This document shows positions 37,712 to 51,833 of a stretch of DNA of 64,000 nt, piece after piece. The notes beneath the pieces were generated by a model. That model did no database searches. It was given only the letters and a program-made list of their open reading frames with translations, and was not told the DNA's origin. Source of the DNA: Stegostoma tigrinum (lineage: Eukaryota); contig NC_081376.1 of the NCBI RefSeq assembly GCF_030684315.1, positions 34,439,608 through 34,503,607 on the forward strand. Direction: 5' to 3'. The translations under genes were made by a program, and so were the position numbers. Positions within the stretch are counted from its first letter, which is position 1; the number at the start of each line of letters is the position of its first letter.

Positions 37712-39346
37712 AACTTGCCGCTGGCATCCAATGCAAAGTTCTGGTCGCTGGGAGCTTAATGAGTCTGTTAAACCTTTTGGTGTGATTTTTGCCCACCATT
37801 TCACACCATGCTTTAGCCTTTCCAGAAAGGGGCCAGAGACTGTGTGCTGTACTGGGCCATGTTTGTGATGGCCATGTTACAAACACCTATAATGACTGTA
37901 ATCGAGTTTCTGTGGTTGTTTGTCCTGCTGCGTGGGGCTATGCCACTTCCGCTTAGACTTCATTTTCCCTCTTCGATTTCTTTTTTTTAAATGTATGAAA
38001 ATATAAGCAGGTACCTGAAGGGTGAAGGAACAGATTCACTCGAGACAAGATGATTACTTCAATCAGTTGATGAGAATCATGGCACTGCTTTAATCTCATT
38101 CTTTCTTGAAGATTTCTCAGGTTACCCCAGGAGCGTGAGGTTCAGGAACTCTTTCAATAAGTGGCCCATTGGTTTCCCACTTTAAAACATTTACTACACT
38201 TGCCTTTTTGTGGTGTGAGGGAGTTTGCTTATTTTGTGTAGACTTGTTTGAGCCATGTAATTCTGCGTCAATATACTGGCAGAGCAGCTGGAGTTGCATG
38301 TTCCTTCCTTAATTAGCAGCATAGGTTTTAACCCATGCAATATTAATAGGGATGTGACCAGGGCATCTGATGAGGCAGTGCCCTTTAGTTCTCTGGCAGC
38401 AATTCCTGTTCCATAGCACAAATTTGTTTACCCTAGGTACAGTGATACTCTAGATGAGCTCTCTGGTCCCAGCATTGCACTTCCTGATTGAATCAAACTG
38501 TAGCTTGTCATTTATTAATCCTTCATAGTTTTGGTCCATTTGAATTTAATGTCACCAGCAGTGGCTTCTGTGTGCATTTTTCACTTTTTGGAGGTAGGTT
38601 TACATTACAAATGTTTGTCAGGCTGCAGTTTTGACTTTTTAAAAAAGATTTGTGTACAAAATAAACTAAATCTGGCATGTTTGAGCTGAATGTAAGCCTT
38701 GTTTGAAACATTGGAATATTTTACTACATTAAAGACACTATGTTAATATAAGTTGTTGTTGTTCTTTTAATATAGATGGTACTTTTCCACGTTTGCCTGC
38801 TGGACTATCAAATTGTACAAAGGGATCTTTGGAAATAAAATCTCTGCAGACAAAGGGAGATAAAGATAAGATTTGAATTTAAGACCCTGGTTTATAGAGT
38901 AGCCACCTCCCCACAAAATGTCTGACCCTACCAATAAATATTCCAGCCTTGAATGCCTTTTTTTCCCCCTGAAGGAGACCAGACTGTACGTGCGTATGCT
39001 GATAATTTTACTAACCGAGAAGTTGGCCCCTTGAGCCGACTCAGCCATTCTATCAATTTCCTCATTCCTTTATTAACCAAATGTGATTGTCAATGTGTTT
39101 AAGGATAAATGGGAGCAAGATTCTTTCTAAGGAAGAAACAAAGCAGAATGATGACTGTCCTAAAATGAAGTTATGCATTTTATTATGACATGAGGACAGA
39201 CTGCCAAATCAGATCAGTGCCCCCATGCCTGCATTTGCAGCTTATTAAATTAAAGCATTCAATGACCACCCCCCCCCCAAAATTGCCCCAATGGTTTCTA
39301 ACCAAACTTCTTGAATAATCAATACCAGACACCGTGTTTATAGTTT

Positions 39347-39352
39347 AATAAA
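39347..39352 (+). terminator. Candidate DAGLB polyadenylation signal AATAAA
   Basis: AATAAA about 1.6 kb after the stop, followed by a GT-rich tract, with ATTAAA nearby. Confidence 0.5.
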
Positions 39353-40580
39353 TTGTTTGTGCAGATAAAGCTATTAAAATTAAATGATTCTAATGTAATT
39401 AATATCTATTACTTAAACCTAATTTTGCCATTACACACAGACTCCTACAGTTTAAGGGATACATTTATAGGAAAAATGAGACATGACTGACAGGTTCACT
39501 TGAGCTGTTTCTACAGGCACATGGCTTTGTACCTTGCTTGATTTCTGAAGGCAACGTTTGCTTTGAATAGGCTCCAAGGAATGTTCATTCACTTTTTATT
39601 GAAAGTTCAGAGAATAGAATCTTTGTTAAGTTGATAACGGGAGCATAACCAGGAAACAATGAAACCTCCATCCTGCAGTTTTGGCAGCCACAATCCTGAC
39701 AACTATCACTGTTCAAAACCAATTCAAACTTTAGTTCCTCCTGTTTTTGTTTTCAACAGTCTTTGTTAGACTGGTTGGCACTGGCCTGTATAATGGCCCT
39801 TTTAATGTTCACATCTACCAAAACTTGAGCATATGCATCACTGGAGACAAAATGTCTGCAATGTTCTTCGATCAAGAATCACCTAGTAATCAACCTCCTA
39901 AGCTAGTTCCCAAACAAATATCAGTTTGTTTATTCTTCCTTTTTTTAAAGAAAAGCAAGCTGCTACTCACAGGCCAAAAGGTCACCATCTCGCAGCTCCA
40001 AACCAAAAAGTGATTTAAAGAAAAGAAAAACAGCAAAGATTCCAACAATTTGAGATATTAATCATGTAATTCAAATCTGCCAGCTTCATGGCAAACAAGC
40101 TTTAAAACTCTGAAATCTCTGGGTGTTAAAGCAGCAACAACCCAGTGACTGACATGGTATTTTCTCAGTCTACTTCTTTCGAGCTGGAGCACCACCATTG
40201 AAAGTTTGACTTATTTTAGATTACAATGGACATTGCCAATTGGATTCCTCAGACAGTTATTTTTAAAACTGATTTTGACTATTGAACGGATTAAAGTATT
40301 AAAACCTGCCCAATAAACCACTGATTATTTCTCTTGGTACTAATTGTTGTGATGGCTCACTTGGAAAAGTACTCAAGCCCCAATCCTCCTGGGGTCACCA
40401 CAAAAATTAATGATTTAGTCAAGATACACAATGTCCTCCGTTCCCCTGTCTGATGAAATCTGGTTAATAGAAAGTTCTGAAAACACAACTATCAATGTTT
40501 AACTCTACTTGTTAAAATTCAAATGCCTTTTAAGGCCCTTACATAGGTGCACATGCAAACAAAGTAGTATTATGGGTTGT

Positions 40581-40595
40581 GGGGGGGGGGGGGGG
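40581..40595. repeat. G15 homopolymer
   Basis: 15 consecutive G. Confidence 0.9.
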
Positions 40596-41774
40596 CACAG
40601 AGAAGATGATGATAATTTGATATTACTAGTCCACCAGGTTCTTTGAGATGTTCCTTTTGCTTACTGTGACTCTCTGATCTTTGTTCTCCTATCTTTAGGT
40701 TTCTTCACTTCACAGAAACTCTCAGTTACTGGTTAAAAGCAACAGCTTAAAGCAATCGGTGGGAGAAAATAACACTTTCTTCAGACAGTTAGAGATTGAG
40801 ATATAGAATTTCTTCTTCCAGCAGTCCAGGTCATCTTGCTCTATTGTAAACATCCAACCTATTTACCTGTCCACCAGCTGATTAGAGAGCTATCATTAGG
40901 CTGATGATTTCCAGCACACACAACTGGTCATACTTATACAAAGGAAAGCAATCAGGTGATCATTGCTGGTCAAAACTCCTCCTGTTGTCAGTGCCTCCTT
41001 TCTTCCCTTCCCTGCTGCTTGTAAAGCAGCGCAGTAATTCAACTCACAAAAGTGCAGTATTTCTTCCCCAGTCCTTTTCTATTTCAGTCTGCAAAAATAA
41101 ATTTTACAATTGTGAAATGTTAATAGGATGAGATGAACTAAGTTGGAGAAAGCTAATGTAGAGCAGAACTGGTATTATTTTGTATGAAATTGATGGACCA
41201 ACTAAAGAAACTTTCCTCTAAGTATTTTACGACTTAAAAGTCTGTTATATGGGATAGTGATCCTACTACCACTTCTAAACGAGAGGATAAGGCCTCATTG
41301 GCTTGATGTGTGTGCATGCAGAGATCTAGCCTCTAGGTTTGGGTAACAAAGTACATTGGGCAGCTTTTGTCAATAGGATGCCTACCTAGCCTTGTACAGC
41401 TGGTAGTAAGACATTAAAAAAGACTACAAAAAAAACTGTAATGAGAAGTGGGTAGCATAGCAATATTTTAACACCCCCACCAAGTACAGATTGAAAGTCT
41501 TCAGCATTTTGCTTTGTTAACTAGTGTTGCTATGACAAATCTCACACTCCTGGCTACCACAGCAATACCTGTTGTTTGTGTTGAAATTGACTAACTTTTT
41601 AAAAAAAACACTACTTATGCTTCAGGGTATGGGTGTACGGAGTTTTGTAATATTCAACGAAGTGGTCACACATACCACGCCCCTGCAGCGAAGCCAAAAT
41701 AGCTGCTATTTAATCAGTTCCGATTCCAACTCCTCATCCCTTTGCTTCCTAAATTTTAGAGATTATAAAAACGT

Positions 41775-42487
41775 AAGGATAGGATTCTTGGCAGCGTGGA
41801 GGAACAGAGGGATCTTGGTGTGCAGATACATAGATCCCTTAAAATGGCCACCCAAGTGGACAGGGTTGTTGAGAAAGCATATGGTGTTTTGGCTTTCATT
41901 AACAGGGGGATTGAGTTTAAGAGTCGTGAGATCTTGTTGCAGCTCTATAAAACTTTGGTTAGACCGCACTTGGAATACTGCATCCAGTTCTGGGCGCCCT
42001 ATTATAGGAAAGATGTGGATGCTTTGGAGAGGGTTCAGAGGTTTACCAGGATGCTGCCTGGACTGGAGGGCTTATCTTATGAAGAGAGGTTGACTGAGCT
42101 CGGTCTCTTTTCATTGGAGAAAAGGAGGAGGAGAGGGGACCTAATTGAGGTATACAAGATAATGAGAGGCATAGATAGAGTTGATAGCCAGAGACTATTT
42201 CCCAGGGCAGAAATGGCTAGCACGAGGGGTCATAGTTTTAAGCTGTTTGGAGGAAAGTATAGAGGGGATGTCAGAGGCAGGTTCTTTACGCAGAGAGTTG
42301 TGGGAGCATGGAATGCGTTGCCAGCAGCAGTTGTGGAAGCAAGGTCATTGGGGTCATTTAAGAGACTGCTGGACATGTATATGGTCACAGAAATTTGAGG
42401 GTGCATACATGAGGATCAATGGTCGGCACAACATTGTGGGCTGAAGGGCCTGTTCTGTGCTGTACTGTTCTATGTTCTATGTTCTAT
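41775..42487 (+). mobile_element. CR1-type LINE 3' fragment
   Basis: LYKTLVRPHLEYCIQFWAP...RRGDLIEVYKI; (ttctatg)n tail. Confidence 0.92.
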
Positions 42488-45400
42488 AAAACTCAATACA
42501 CACAACTACTTGTCAAATGCTGTTATTTCCAACCTAATTGATATAACAAAACTTGTCATTGATTAAATGGAATGCCTTTTCATCTGATTCCCGAGTTTCC
42601 TCTGAGAAATTGTACAGTAAACTGCACTATACCATCAATACAGCAATTTGTTACTTCAACACTTGCTTGACTATGGCGTTTAACCCACAGGGAATAAATA
42701 TCTACCGTAGATTCTGGAAAACAGTTAATGTAATCTCTTGGAAATAAATCCATTAAACTCATGTACCATTTTAACTAGTAGGCAATAGGAGATAGTGGTC
42801 ATATTTGGGAAGAAATGGTGCATCAGAATAGAGACAATGCAAGTGTGAGAAAATTAATTGGAAAATGATAAATGCACTATGACAGGCAGGGATAGATAGT
42901 ACAAATATAAAAGTAAATGAACAGAGAAGGCTAAAAAAGGACAAAGTTAACGGCTCTGCATCTGAGTACACATAGCCCTTTAAAATAATGAACTGATGAT
43001 GAAAAATAGAAATAAGTTGCTGCAATCTGATAGACATTACAGAGATATGGCTTGGGTTGAGACTTGTAAGTTGAAGCATACTTGACATTTAGGAAGGAAC
43101 GGAGGAAAGAGTGGCTGGGTGTCTCACTTAATTATCATTAACACAAAGTTTAGAACATAGGCCCTCGATGTTGTGCCAAACCTTTACCCCAAACTTAAGG
43201 TCTATCTAACCTCCACCCTTCTTATACTATCATCCATATGCCTATCTAATATCTTAAATGCCCCTAATGAGGCAGACTCCACGACCCTCTCTGGCAATGC
43301 ATTCCACACCCATACCACTGAGTAAAGAATCTACCTCCACTCACTTTAAAACTATGCCCCCTTGTAATGGCTACCTCCATCCTAGGAAAAAGTCTCTGGC
43401 AGTCCACTCTAGCTACATTCAGAAATCCAGGATATAGCAGGCTAGAAATGACAAAAGAAATCACTTGTGAGAATGATATACAAGTCCCTTGAGAGTAGTT
43501 GTCTTAACACATGGCAGGGTATAAAGAAAGGACCAGAGAAACTTACCAGAAAGTGATAATCATGGGTACTTTAATCTTCAGACTATAAAAAAGTCAGATT
43601 GACAAAACATGGACTTTATAGAATGTTTTTAGGCTAGTTTCTTTGAACAGCAAATTCTGGCATGCACCAGAAAGCAGTCTATATTAGAGCTGGCATAGTG
43701 CAATAAGATAGGATTCAATAACTACCTCATAATGGTGAGCCTAGGCAGCAGCAATCCTAATATTTTTGAATTTTGCATTCAGTTTGAGGGAGGGAAAATA
43801 GATCCAAAGACTAATATTTCAAAATTAATTCTTCCAAACAAAGGTTTGAACGGGATGGTTCAGCCCTAAAATCTAACTACTAACTACTGGGACAATTTTC
43901 AGAGCAGGTTCAAGGGGCCTTCTTTTTTTTTTTATTTGTGTAAGATTAGAAACAACTTTGAGCAGAGCTTTACAGCCAACTTTCTCTCAATATACTCTAT
44001 TCTGTTACCCAAATTAGTACTGTTGAATAAGAAAAACCTGGTGGTTTAAAATGAGCTCAAAGACACTGTACGACCTTTAGCAACATATGTCTTAACTGTG
44101 AAAACTAATGAACTAGTCAGATATCCACAAATATTTATTCCATCTTGCTGTGGCAATCTCTGTGGCCTATCAAATTACGGACTGCTGCAACCAGCGTGTC
44201 TAAAAACCCCCATTTTGCACCAGTCCATAGCAAGGATTGTAGACGTATTCATAGAAATCTGGGTGTCCATTACTTTCAATGTGAGGACAAGGTGCATATT
44301 CTGGCTTTTTAAGCACAAGATAATTAAACATCATACATCTGATGTTAAGCTTATTTCATAATACAAAGTAATCATTACTAAAGTCTCCTCTGGCACACGG
44401 TAGATCATTCACATATTCAAAAGATTAAGATTATATAACAGAAGCAAGCTACCTCATGTTGCCATAATGTTGTCACTTATTTGGCTGATGTTTGCTGAGC
44501 AGATATGCCTTAGCAGGTTGGTGGTCAGTGCTGCTGATTCAACATGCTTTATTTTTTAAAAAATTCCATTTCTCATTTTATTTCATCTTTCTCATTATCA
44601 GTAAAGGTATCTTACCATTTATGCCCAAGGTTTCAGGAGTATAACATTAGAACAGAAAACACTAACCTTTCCTGTGTATCAGTGGCTTTAAAACAATGTG
44701 TTGTGAATCAAAGGTTTACTGCACACAAAGGTGGGCAGTCAAGCTTGTGCCAATTCCTCAAAACAGTATTATATTCTTCCACTGCTTTTGTCCCTATCTG
44801 CAGGCTTTGCTTGGCAAGTACCTGTCTAACTCACTTTTAAAATTGTAGAATCAGCTTCCACCACTGGGTGCATATTCCTGATGTCAACACTCAATTCTAT
44901 ATTTTCTACTATCGGCATGTTTGAAATATTCAGCTATTTAAATAATATTACTCCTAAATGTTAAGAATTATAATCTTAGATGAAGCAAAAGGAAAGCAAT
45001 GCAAAGTTTTAATAAAGTTCAGGATGTGATATTTAGCAAAGTGTTACACAGAACGGTTTGATCTTTATTTAGAATGTATCATAAGGCCTGTTCCAAAAGT
45101 TCTAGAACATACAAAACACAACTTTGTTTCTATGCAAGCTAATGTTTAAATGTCACTTAATGTAAATCACACAATCCACCTGGTTTAAAAAATGTTTGCC
45201 AGATTTCTCCCTTTACTACAAGTATTGACTTTAAAGGATAATGTTAGCACAGCTGATTCTTTACTTAGTGTATGTATTGCATAACTGCAATCATCATAGC
45301 CATACTCAAACTTTCCTGATCTCTGTAAAGGGATAGAAAGGGTAGTGCAATCAGCTGCAGTGGAAAACCACAGCACAACAATCTCAAGTGTCCCTAACTT

Positions 45401-45676
45401 CAAACTGAATGGAATAAACAACCTTTTATCTCTCTCAGACAGTGGGCTGAAGTATTGTGAAGGGCTTGCAATTGTTTTGATGAAGTGATAAATAAACATT
45501 TTTCTTTCATTTTGCGCTGATCACTGTCTTTCTAAAGCTTTAACCAATTATCAGACTAAACTGTCATTTGAAAGAAAAGCAAAACATTGCAGGGGTTGGA
45601 AATCTGAAACACAATGCTGGAGAAACACAACAGATCAGGCAGCATCTATGGATAGAGAAACACTCAATGTTTCATG

Positions 45677-45788
45677 ATAAAGTGTGAAGCTGGATGAACA
45701 CAGCAGGCCAAGCAGCATCTGTGTTCATCCAGCTTCACACTTTTATTATCTTGGATTCGCCAGCATCTGCAGTTCCCATTATCTCTGA
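45677..45788 (+). mobile_element. Foldback short retroelement with 15-bp TSD
   Basis: TSD actcaatgtttcatg at 45662-45676 and 45789-45803; 24-bp perfect hairpin stem. Confidence 0.75.
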
Positions 45789-46773
45789 ACTCAATGTTTC
45801 ATGTCCAGTTATGACTTCCTCAGAACTGAAAAGGGGTTAGAATCTTTTTAATTTACTTCAGAAAAGGCAGAGGGACAAAGGAAACAGTATGGAGATTCAG
45901 TGCAAAGAGAGTCATCAGTGGTGATGAAAGAGAAAGAGAGCAAAGTAAACAAAACCGGTGGAAAGAGAGAATGTATAAAAAATGACGATGATACAGGTAC
46001 ATAATAAAATGTGAGGCTGGATGAACACAGCAGGCCAAGCAGCATTATCAATGATACAGGGACACCTCACTTTCCACTTAAGCAGCTTATAGCCTTTAGG
46101 AGTCAGCATTGACCATATGTCCTCAAATTTTTATACATTTTGTTTCACTACTGTTAGCAAACACTTTGTCTATTGCACTGTGTGCACACCCTGTTTCCTT
46201 CACTGCTCCTCCCTTCACCCACCTAATGTTTGAAGCAAGTTCCTATCCACCTTCAAAAGTCACACTGGACTCAGCTTCAATTTTTCTCTCCACATGTAAC
46301 CAGATCTGCTGAATATCATCAGCATTTGAGATTGAACAGTGTTGTCTGGATTTACCGCAAAAGCATCTGAGGCAATTGGATAGTCTTTGAGCATTCAACT
46401 CAGGGCAGCTGTTCAGTCTTTTTAATTCTTCCAAACAAAGGTTCGAGTGGTGATGGATTGAGAAGTTAAGAACTTTCAAAAGCCATGCACTGCTGGGATG
46501 GTTCAGCCATAAAATGCAACCACTAACTACTCGGACAATTTTCAGGTGTGGCAGTATTGTTTTGGAGTGAAACATGTTTGTCTATTTAACTATCTCTTCA
46601 AAATGAAGGAATGAGTCACCTAATTTACACCACTGAAAACTACTTCAACTATAATAAAGGCAAAAAAACTGCAGATGCTAGAGATCTGCATTAGGAATTT
46701 TGGGGAAATTCAGCAGGTCAGAAGTCATCATATTGGACTGTTCTCTGAAGCAGTCATACCAAGGCCTGAAACA

Positions 46774-47068
46774 GGCGGCTCAGTGGTTAGCACTGCTTCC
46801 TCACAGCATCAGGAACCCGTGTTTGAATCTACCCTCGAGCGACTGTCTACGCGGAGTTTGCACGTCCTCCCCGTGTCCGCGTGGGTTTCCTCCCACAGTC
46901 CAGAGATGTGCAGATTAGGTGGACTGGCCATGCCACATTGCCCAAAGTGTTCAGGAATATGTAGATTAGGTGGGTTATAGGGGGATGGGTCTGCGTGGGG
47001 CGCTCCAAGGGTCAGTGCAGACTTGTTGGGCCGAAGAGCCTGTTTCCACACTGTAGGGATTCTATGAT
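46774..47068 (+). mobile_element. V-SINE (HE1-like)
   Basis: ggctcagtggttagcactgc...; V-domain; tail gcctgtttccacactgtagggattc. Confidence 0.88.
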
Positions 47069-47467
47069 TAACTCTCTTTCTCACTCTCCATAGATGCTTT
47101 TAAGTTACTCTAATAGTGTTTTCCTCAAACGGAGATATTAGTTGAAATCACACTAGCCTTCAATTAAAGTTCTGGAAATGGACCTTTAACAAAACATGTT
47201 AGCTTGGATAGCACACAGGCCATGTGTATTCCTCTTCATTTGTTCATCTGGTTCAACAAGCGATTCAAAAAGGCATCCCCCAGTTCTACAGTGCATTGTT
47301 CCACTACATACTCAGTGCATACCCTTAAACAAAACCCCAGAGTAAAACCAAACAAGGAGAGAAAGTAGTACTCAACCCAGTGTTAAGCCATTACATGCTG
47401 GATTATTAAAGAGAAGCACTAACCTACTGTGCAGTCAGATGTAGATCTCGAAACAGAGTATTCACTG

Positions 47468-47473
47468 TTTATT
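47468..47473 (-). terminator. Candidate RAC1 polyadenylation signal AATAAA
   Basis: tttatt on +, about 1.6 kb downstream of the RAC1 stop, at the end of a stretch where I saw no repeats. Confidence 0.5.
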
Positions 47474-49104
47474 TAAATCACTCAGTAAACATATAGAATA
47501 ATTATGAATGCAAGCAAGCAGTTCCTCTTTCTCTGACATTTTAACACTTGTGTTTTTTTTTAAAAAAAGCAGATTCATCCGTTTGTTAACAGTCCTTCCC
47601 TGTTGGATTTCACTGTTCCAAAATAGATGAGCAACATGCATAGAACACAACCATTAGAAAAATTAAGTAGAAAATACATTGGGATTATGTACATTTTAGA
47701 TAAGGCGTCTATGGTAGAATTAAACAGAGCACAAGGATAGGTGAGGGGTTAATGGCTCCGTGCAAGATTTGGTCTATTTGGTTTTAAGGCTTCCCAAAAT
47801 TGAAGTTAACCACAGGCGGGAAAGGATTTAAGATCTGTAGTCATGCTGATTAAAACATGGAGGGATGAGGCAATAAAATTGCTTTTTACTGGAGAGCTAA
47901 GCATTTTCCACATAATCAAATTTTATAACTAAAACTATCAATATCAACCTTATTATGTTCCTGATTATGAAATAACACTTTCATTTCATTCAATTCTGAG
48001 GCATTGGTACTTCCAATATGACCATTCAATAACTGTGAAATTGTGAGACTTAACCAAAACCCACACTTAGGACAACCATTTCAGAAGCTTACAAAATGTT
48101 GCATATGAATCACATGAAAGATATAAATTAGTAATGTTTGTTAAGCCTCAGTTATTGCCTTCAATTCACTCAGCTCCTCTTTGCCCAAAGCTTCTGTATC
48201 TACTCTCACCACACCAACATTCAATTCTATCTGTTGTTGCATAGTTTAAAATAAAGATGCAACGATTCAGGAAAATCAGCACAAAGGTCCCTCAAAGATA
48301 GTGTTCCCCCACTCACTTAGTCTATATGAGAGAATAATGAAACTCCCAATTCAATGCCAATTGTTAACCGCAGGTTGATCAATCAGAAGCACATCGTGAT
48401 TTTACCACCAATTTTCTTAGACTGTTTTATGTTTAAATATGTAGCAGCAGACATTAACTCATCATAATTACAGTTTGCGTCAATATGCATTTGTCATGTT
48501 TGAGCTAGCAAGGTAATGTGCTAAACAGAAATATAATTAATAAACAAGGCCAACCAAAACAGTTAGCATCTGAACTGTACAAATTCTGTGATATCTTCAG
48601 AGATAATGACAAGTCATTTGTCGGTAACCATTCCAATACCACATGTTAAACCCAGCTCACCACCTGCAATTTAAACTATTGAGAGATTAGTTGTAGCTGC
48701 TCTGGGACAGCTAGGAGTAGGTCAGCATTAACTGCATGGTTAAGGGTTCTGGAAAGATGTAAACAGTGCCAGATAGGAAGAGTCAGTTCCTTCTATGTAT
48801 TTAGTGTTTGTAGTGCAACAGATGCCTTTAGTTACATTGGATAATTTGGCAACTTAAAACACAACTGAGGAGTGTAAACAGGCAATAGGCTGGGAATGTA
48901 GATAGGGGACAGAAAACCAATAGAACCTATAACTGATACTCTTGTTACATATTAAATATCTGAAAAATTAGACAGTAGATGCATTCCATAGTACTGCAAA
49001 GAGATTCTAAAGAAAAAGGAGGAAAGTAATCACAACAGGGAAAAATATTGGCATATTTGAATCAATGCTCTGTGGACCTGGTAAAACTGATGGAAAGGAC
49101 TGAT

Positions 49105-49235
49105 TTACAAAATGAAACATTTTCTCTTCTTCTTCTTTACAGGAATAGGACAGAGAACCGCTCTGATTGCTTCATCGAACACGGTCTTAAGACCTCGTTG
49201 AGTTAGTGCTGAACATTCCAAGTACTTCACTGAGC
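49105..49235 (-). CDS. RAC1: RAC1 exon 6 (stop)
   Basis: (G)[42 protein letters not shown], then TAA. Confidence 0.96.
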
Positions 49236-49997
49236 CTGCGGAGCAAATGGTGCAACAAAGGTTAGTGGGACTGCAGCATTAAAGTGAAAAGCTTGTTTGA
49301 GTGAGCCAGTAATGCTCATGTCTGTATAAATCTGTCTTGAAAATCAAAACTGATCCAATACTGAATTATGATCTTGAACCATGGCTCAATTTTTCTCCTC
49401 CAACAACCGATTAGCAAAGACCCTAAACAGTGCAGATTCAACAATAGCTTTCAAGAAGAATTGGATAGATTACTTTAAATGCATAAATTCTTTAGGGGAG
49501 AAAAGAGGTGAGTGGGCTAATTGGGCAGCTGGCACGAGCACAATGGGATAAATTACTTCTGTTGTGGTTCTGTGTATGTGCATTTGTATTCACTATTCAA
49601 AGTGTGCCAATTTCAGCTAAGACCAAAGGCCTCTACAACAGTGCTCTACAGGCTAATGGACTGCAACATGTTCACAATACAAAGCTTTTGTAGGAGATCT
49701 TGTGGCATAGTATTAGTCATATACATTTGGGCCTGAAGATCTGGATTTAAGTCCCACCTCAAGACCTGAAAGCCACAGAATGCATATCATAAAGTAGCCA
49801 AATAAATTCTCAATCGTTAATCCTTCCAATATATCAATGACAGGCAATTAGAGAAGTGTTTCCTGGACAACCAACTCTAGCAGCTGCTGTGCTACACGCT
49901 GCCTACACAGCTCATGCCAAGGGACTAGCTCACACACACTAACTGACTAATCACAGCTGATTAATATCTAGCATTTGAGTGATTACACAAATTGTGT

Positions 49998-50077
49998 GGT
50001 AGTGTGGTCAAGCGCTCTAAGGTGCTGGATTTAACCTCGTCTCTATTGAGTTGTGGGTTTGATTCCCACCACTACCA
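49998..50077 (+). pseudogene. tRNA-Leu pseudogene
   Basis: Perfect 7-bp acceptor stem GGTAGTG/CACTACC plus A. Resembles vertebrate tRNA-Leu (GGTAGTGTGGCCGAGCGGTCTAAGGCGCTGGATT...). Anticodon arm and T-loop are decayed (GGTTTGATT). Confidence 0.75.
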
Positions 50078-50384
50078 AAAGTCACAGGTGGTTGTCTCCA
50101 AACCTGGGGAGCTTGAGATCGGCTGTTTACGCTTAGGGCTCTTATGGTACAGTGCTAGTATCCCCCTCTGCTTTAAGCCAGGAGGCCGAAGTTCAAGTCC
50201 TCTGTTCCAGAGATGTGTAATAACATCTCTGAACAGGAAGACTGGAAAATAAGCCTAGAAAAAATAGAAATTAATGCTGGCTTAAAATCAAAAAAGTTAG
50301 CTAGATTAAATTTTATTGAAAGTGCAGCCAAGTGAGCTCAAGCCAGTGATTTTTTAAAAGAAAACCCAAGGGAGGGTCTCAGTC

Positions 50385-50735
50385 ATATAGCACAGAAACA
50401 GGCCCTTGGGTCCAACTTGTCCATGTCAATCAAGTTTCCTAAACTGAACCAGTTCCATTTGCCTGCGACTGGCCTATATCTCTCTAAACATTTCTTATCC
50501 ATGCACAGGTCCAAGTGTCTTTTAAATGTTGTAATTCCTCTGGCAGCTCATTCCATACATGCACTACCCTGTGTGTGAAAGAGTTGTCACTCAGGTCCCT
50601 TTTAGATCGTTTCCCTCTAGTTTTGGACTGTCCTACGTTTGGACACAGACCTTGGTTATTCACCTTCTCCATGCCCCTCATGATTTAAAAAACTCTACAA
50701 GGTCATCCCTCAGCTCCTATGCTCCAGGGAAAAAA
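50385..50735 (-). mobile_element. CR1-type LINE 3' tail
   Basis: Minus-strand peptide FTHRVVHVWNELPEE. Confidence 0.8.
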
Positions 50736-51647
50736 AAAATTCCAGCGATGTGAATTTTATAATCCTCATCAGTGATTATTTCAATGCAAAATTGTTAATC
50801 TCCAGTGGTTACTTCAATTTGTGAAGGTTATCCCCTGAACAATTCTTTCAGTTACAGTTCCATTATCTTCAAATAAATAATTACTGCTCAGTTTCAACAC
50901 ATTAAATTTGAGGTAGATCCAAAAATGCCTGTTAATGTACTTCTTAGAAGGAAAGCAACTTTTATCTAAAATGTATTAACAATTTAAAAGTGGATACTCA
51001 GAGTTAAATCAAACTTTACTCGTGGTGAGGAAGAAACAGAAGGTTAAATTTTGAACAATTAAGTAAATAGAATAGCTGCCTAAAGACAAAGTAGGGCTCC
51101 TTTAATTTGGTAAATATTGTAATAACACTTCTTCAGTGTTACTTGTAGGAAAGGGAACTGTAATACAAGGCCCTGCAGCATCTGAAACTTCCTTTAGACC
51201 TACAACCCTCCAAGAGCTTGGCATTCCAACATTTCTGACACCTTGCAGCTCCCTGGCACAGTAGCACTGCAGCCTGGGACCTAAGCTCTAGAATGCTGTC
51301 CTCAAATTTCTCCTCCTTCAAGGAGAAACCCACCTCTGATAAGCTTCTGATCGCCTGTCTCAATGCCAAATTTTGTCTGATTTTTCCTCTTATGAAATGG
51401 AGAGGGGTTTTTGACATTAAAGGTGCTATATAAATGCAAGTTGTTGTACTTGCAGGACTGTTTGGGTGAAAAACCTAAATATTATTGCAATTATTGAAGT
51501 GACACCTAGGTGCAGGAGACAGATGGAGGAGAGACTCAGTGACCCAAAACCGTTTGTGATGGGCAGTCACATTACACATTATAAACACGCAGGTTGTCAA
51601 GCATCTTTAGAACACATAGCAGCACAGAGATGTGGCAATGGAAGTTA

Positions 51648-51833
<186 letters not shown>

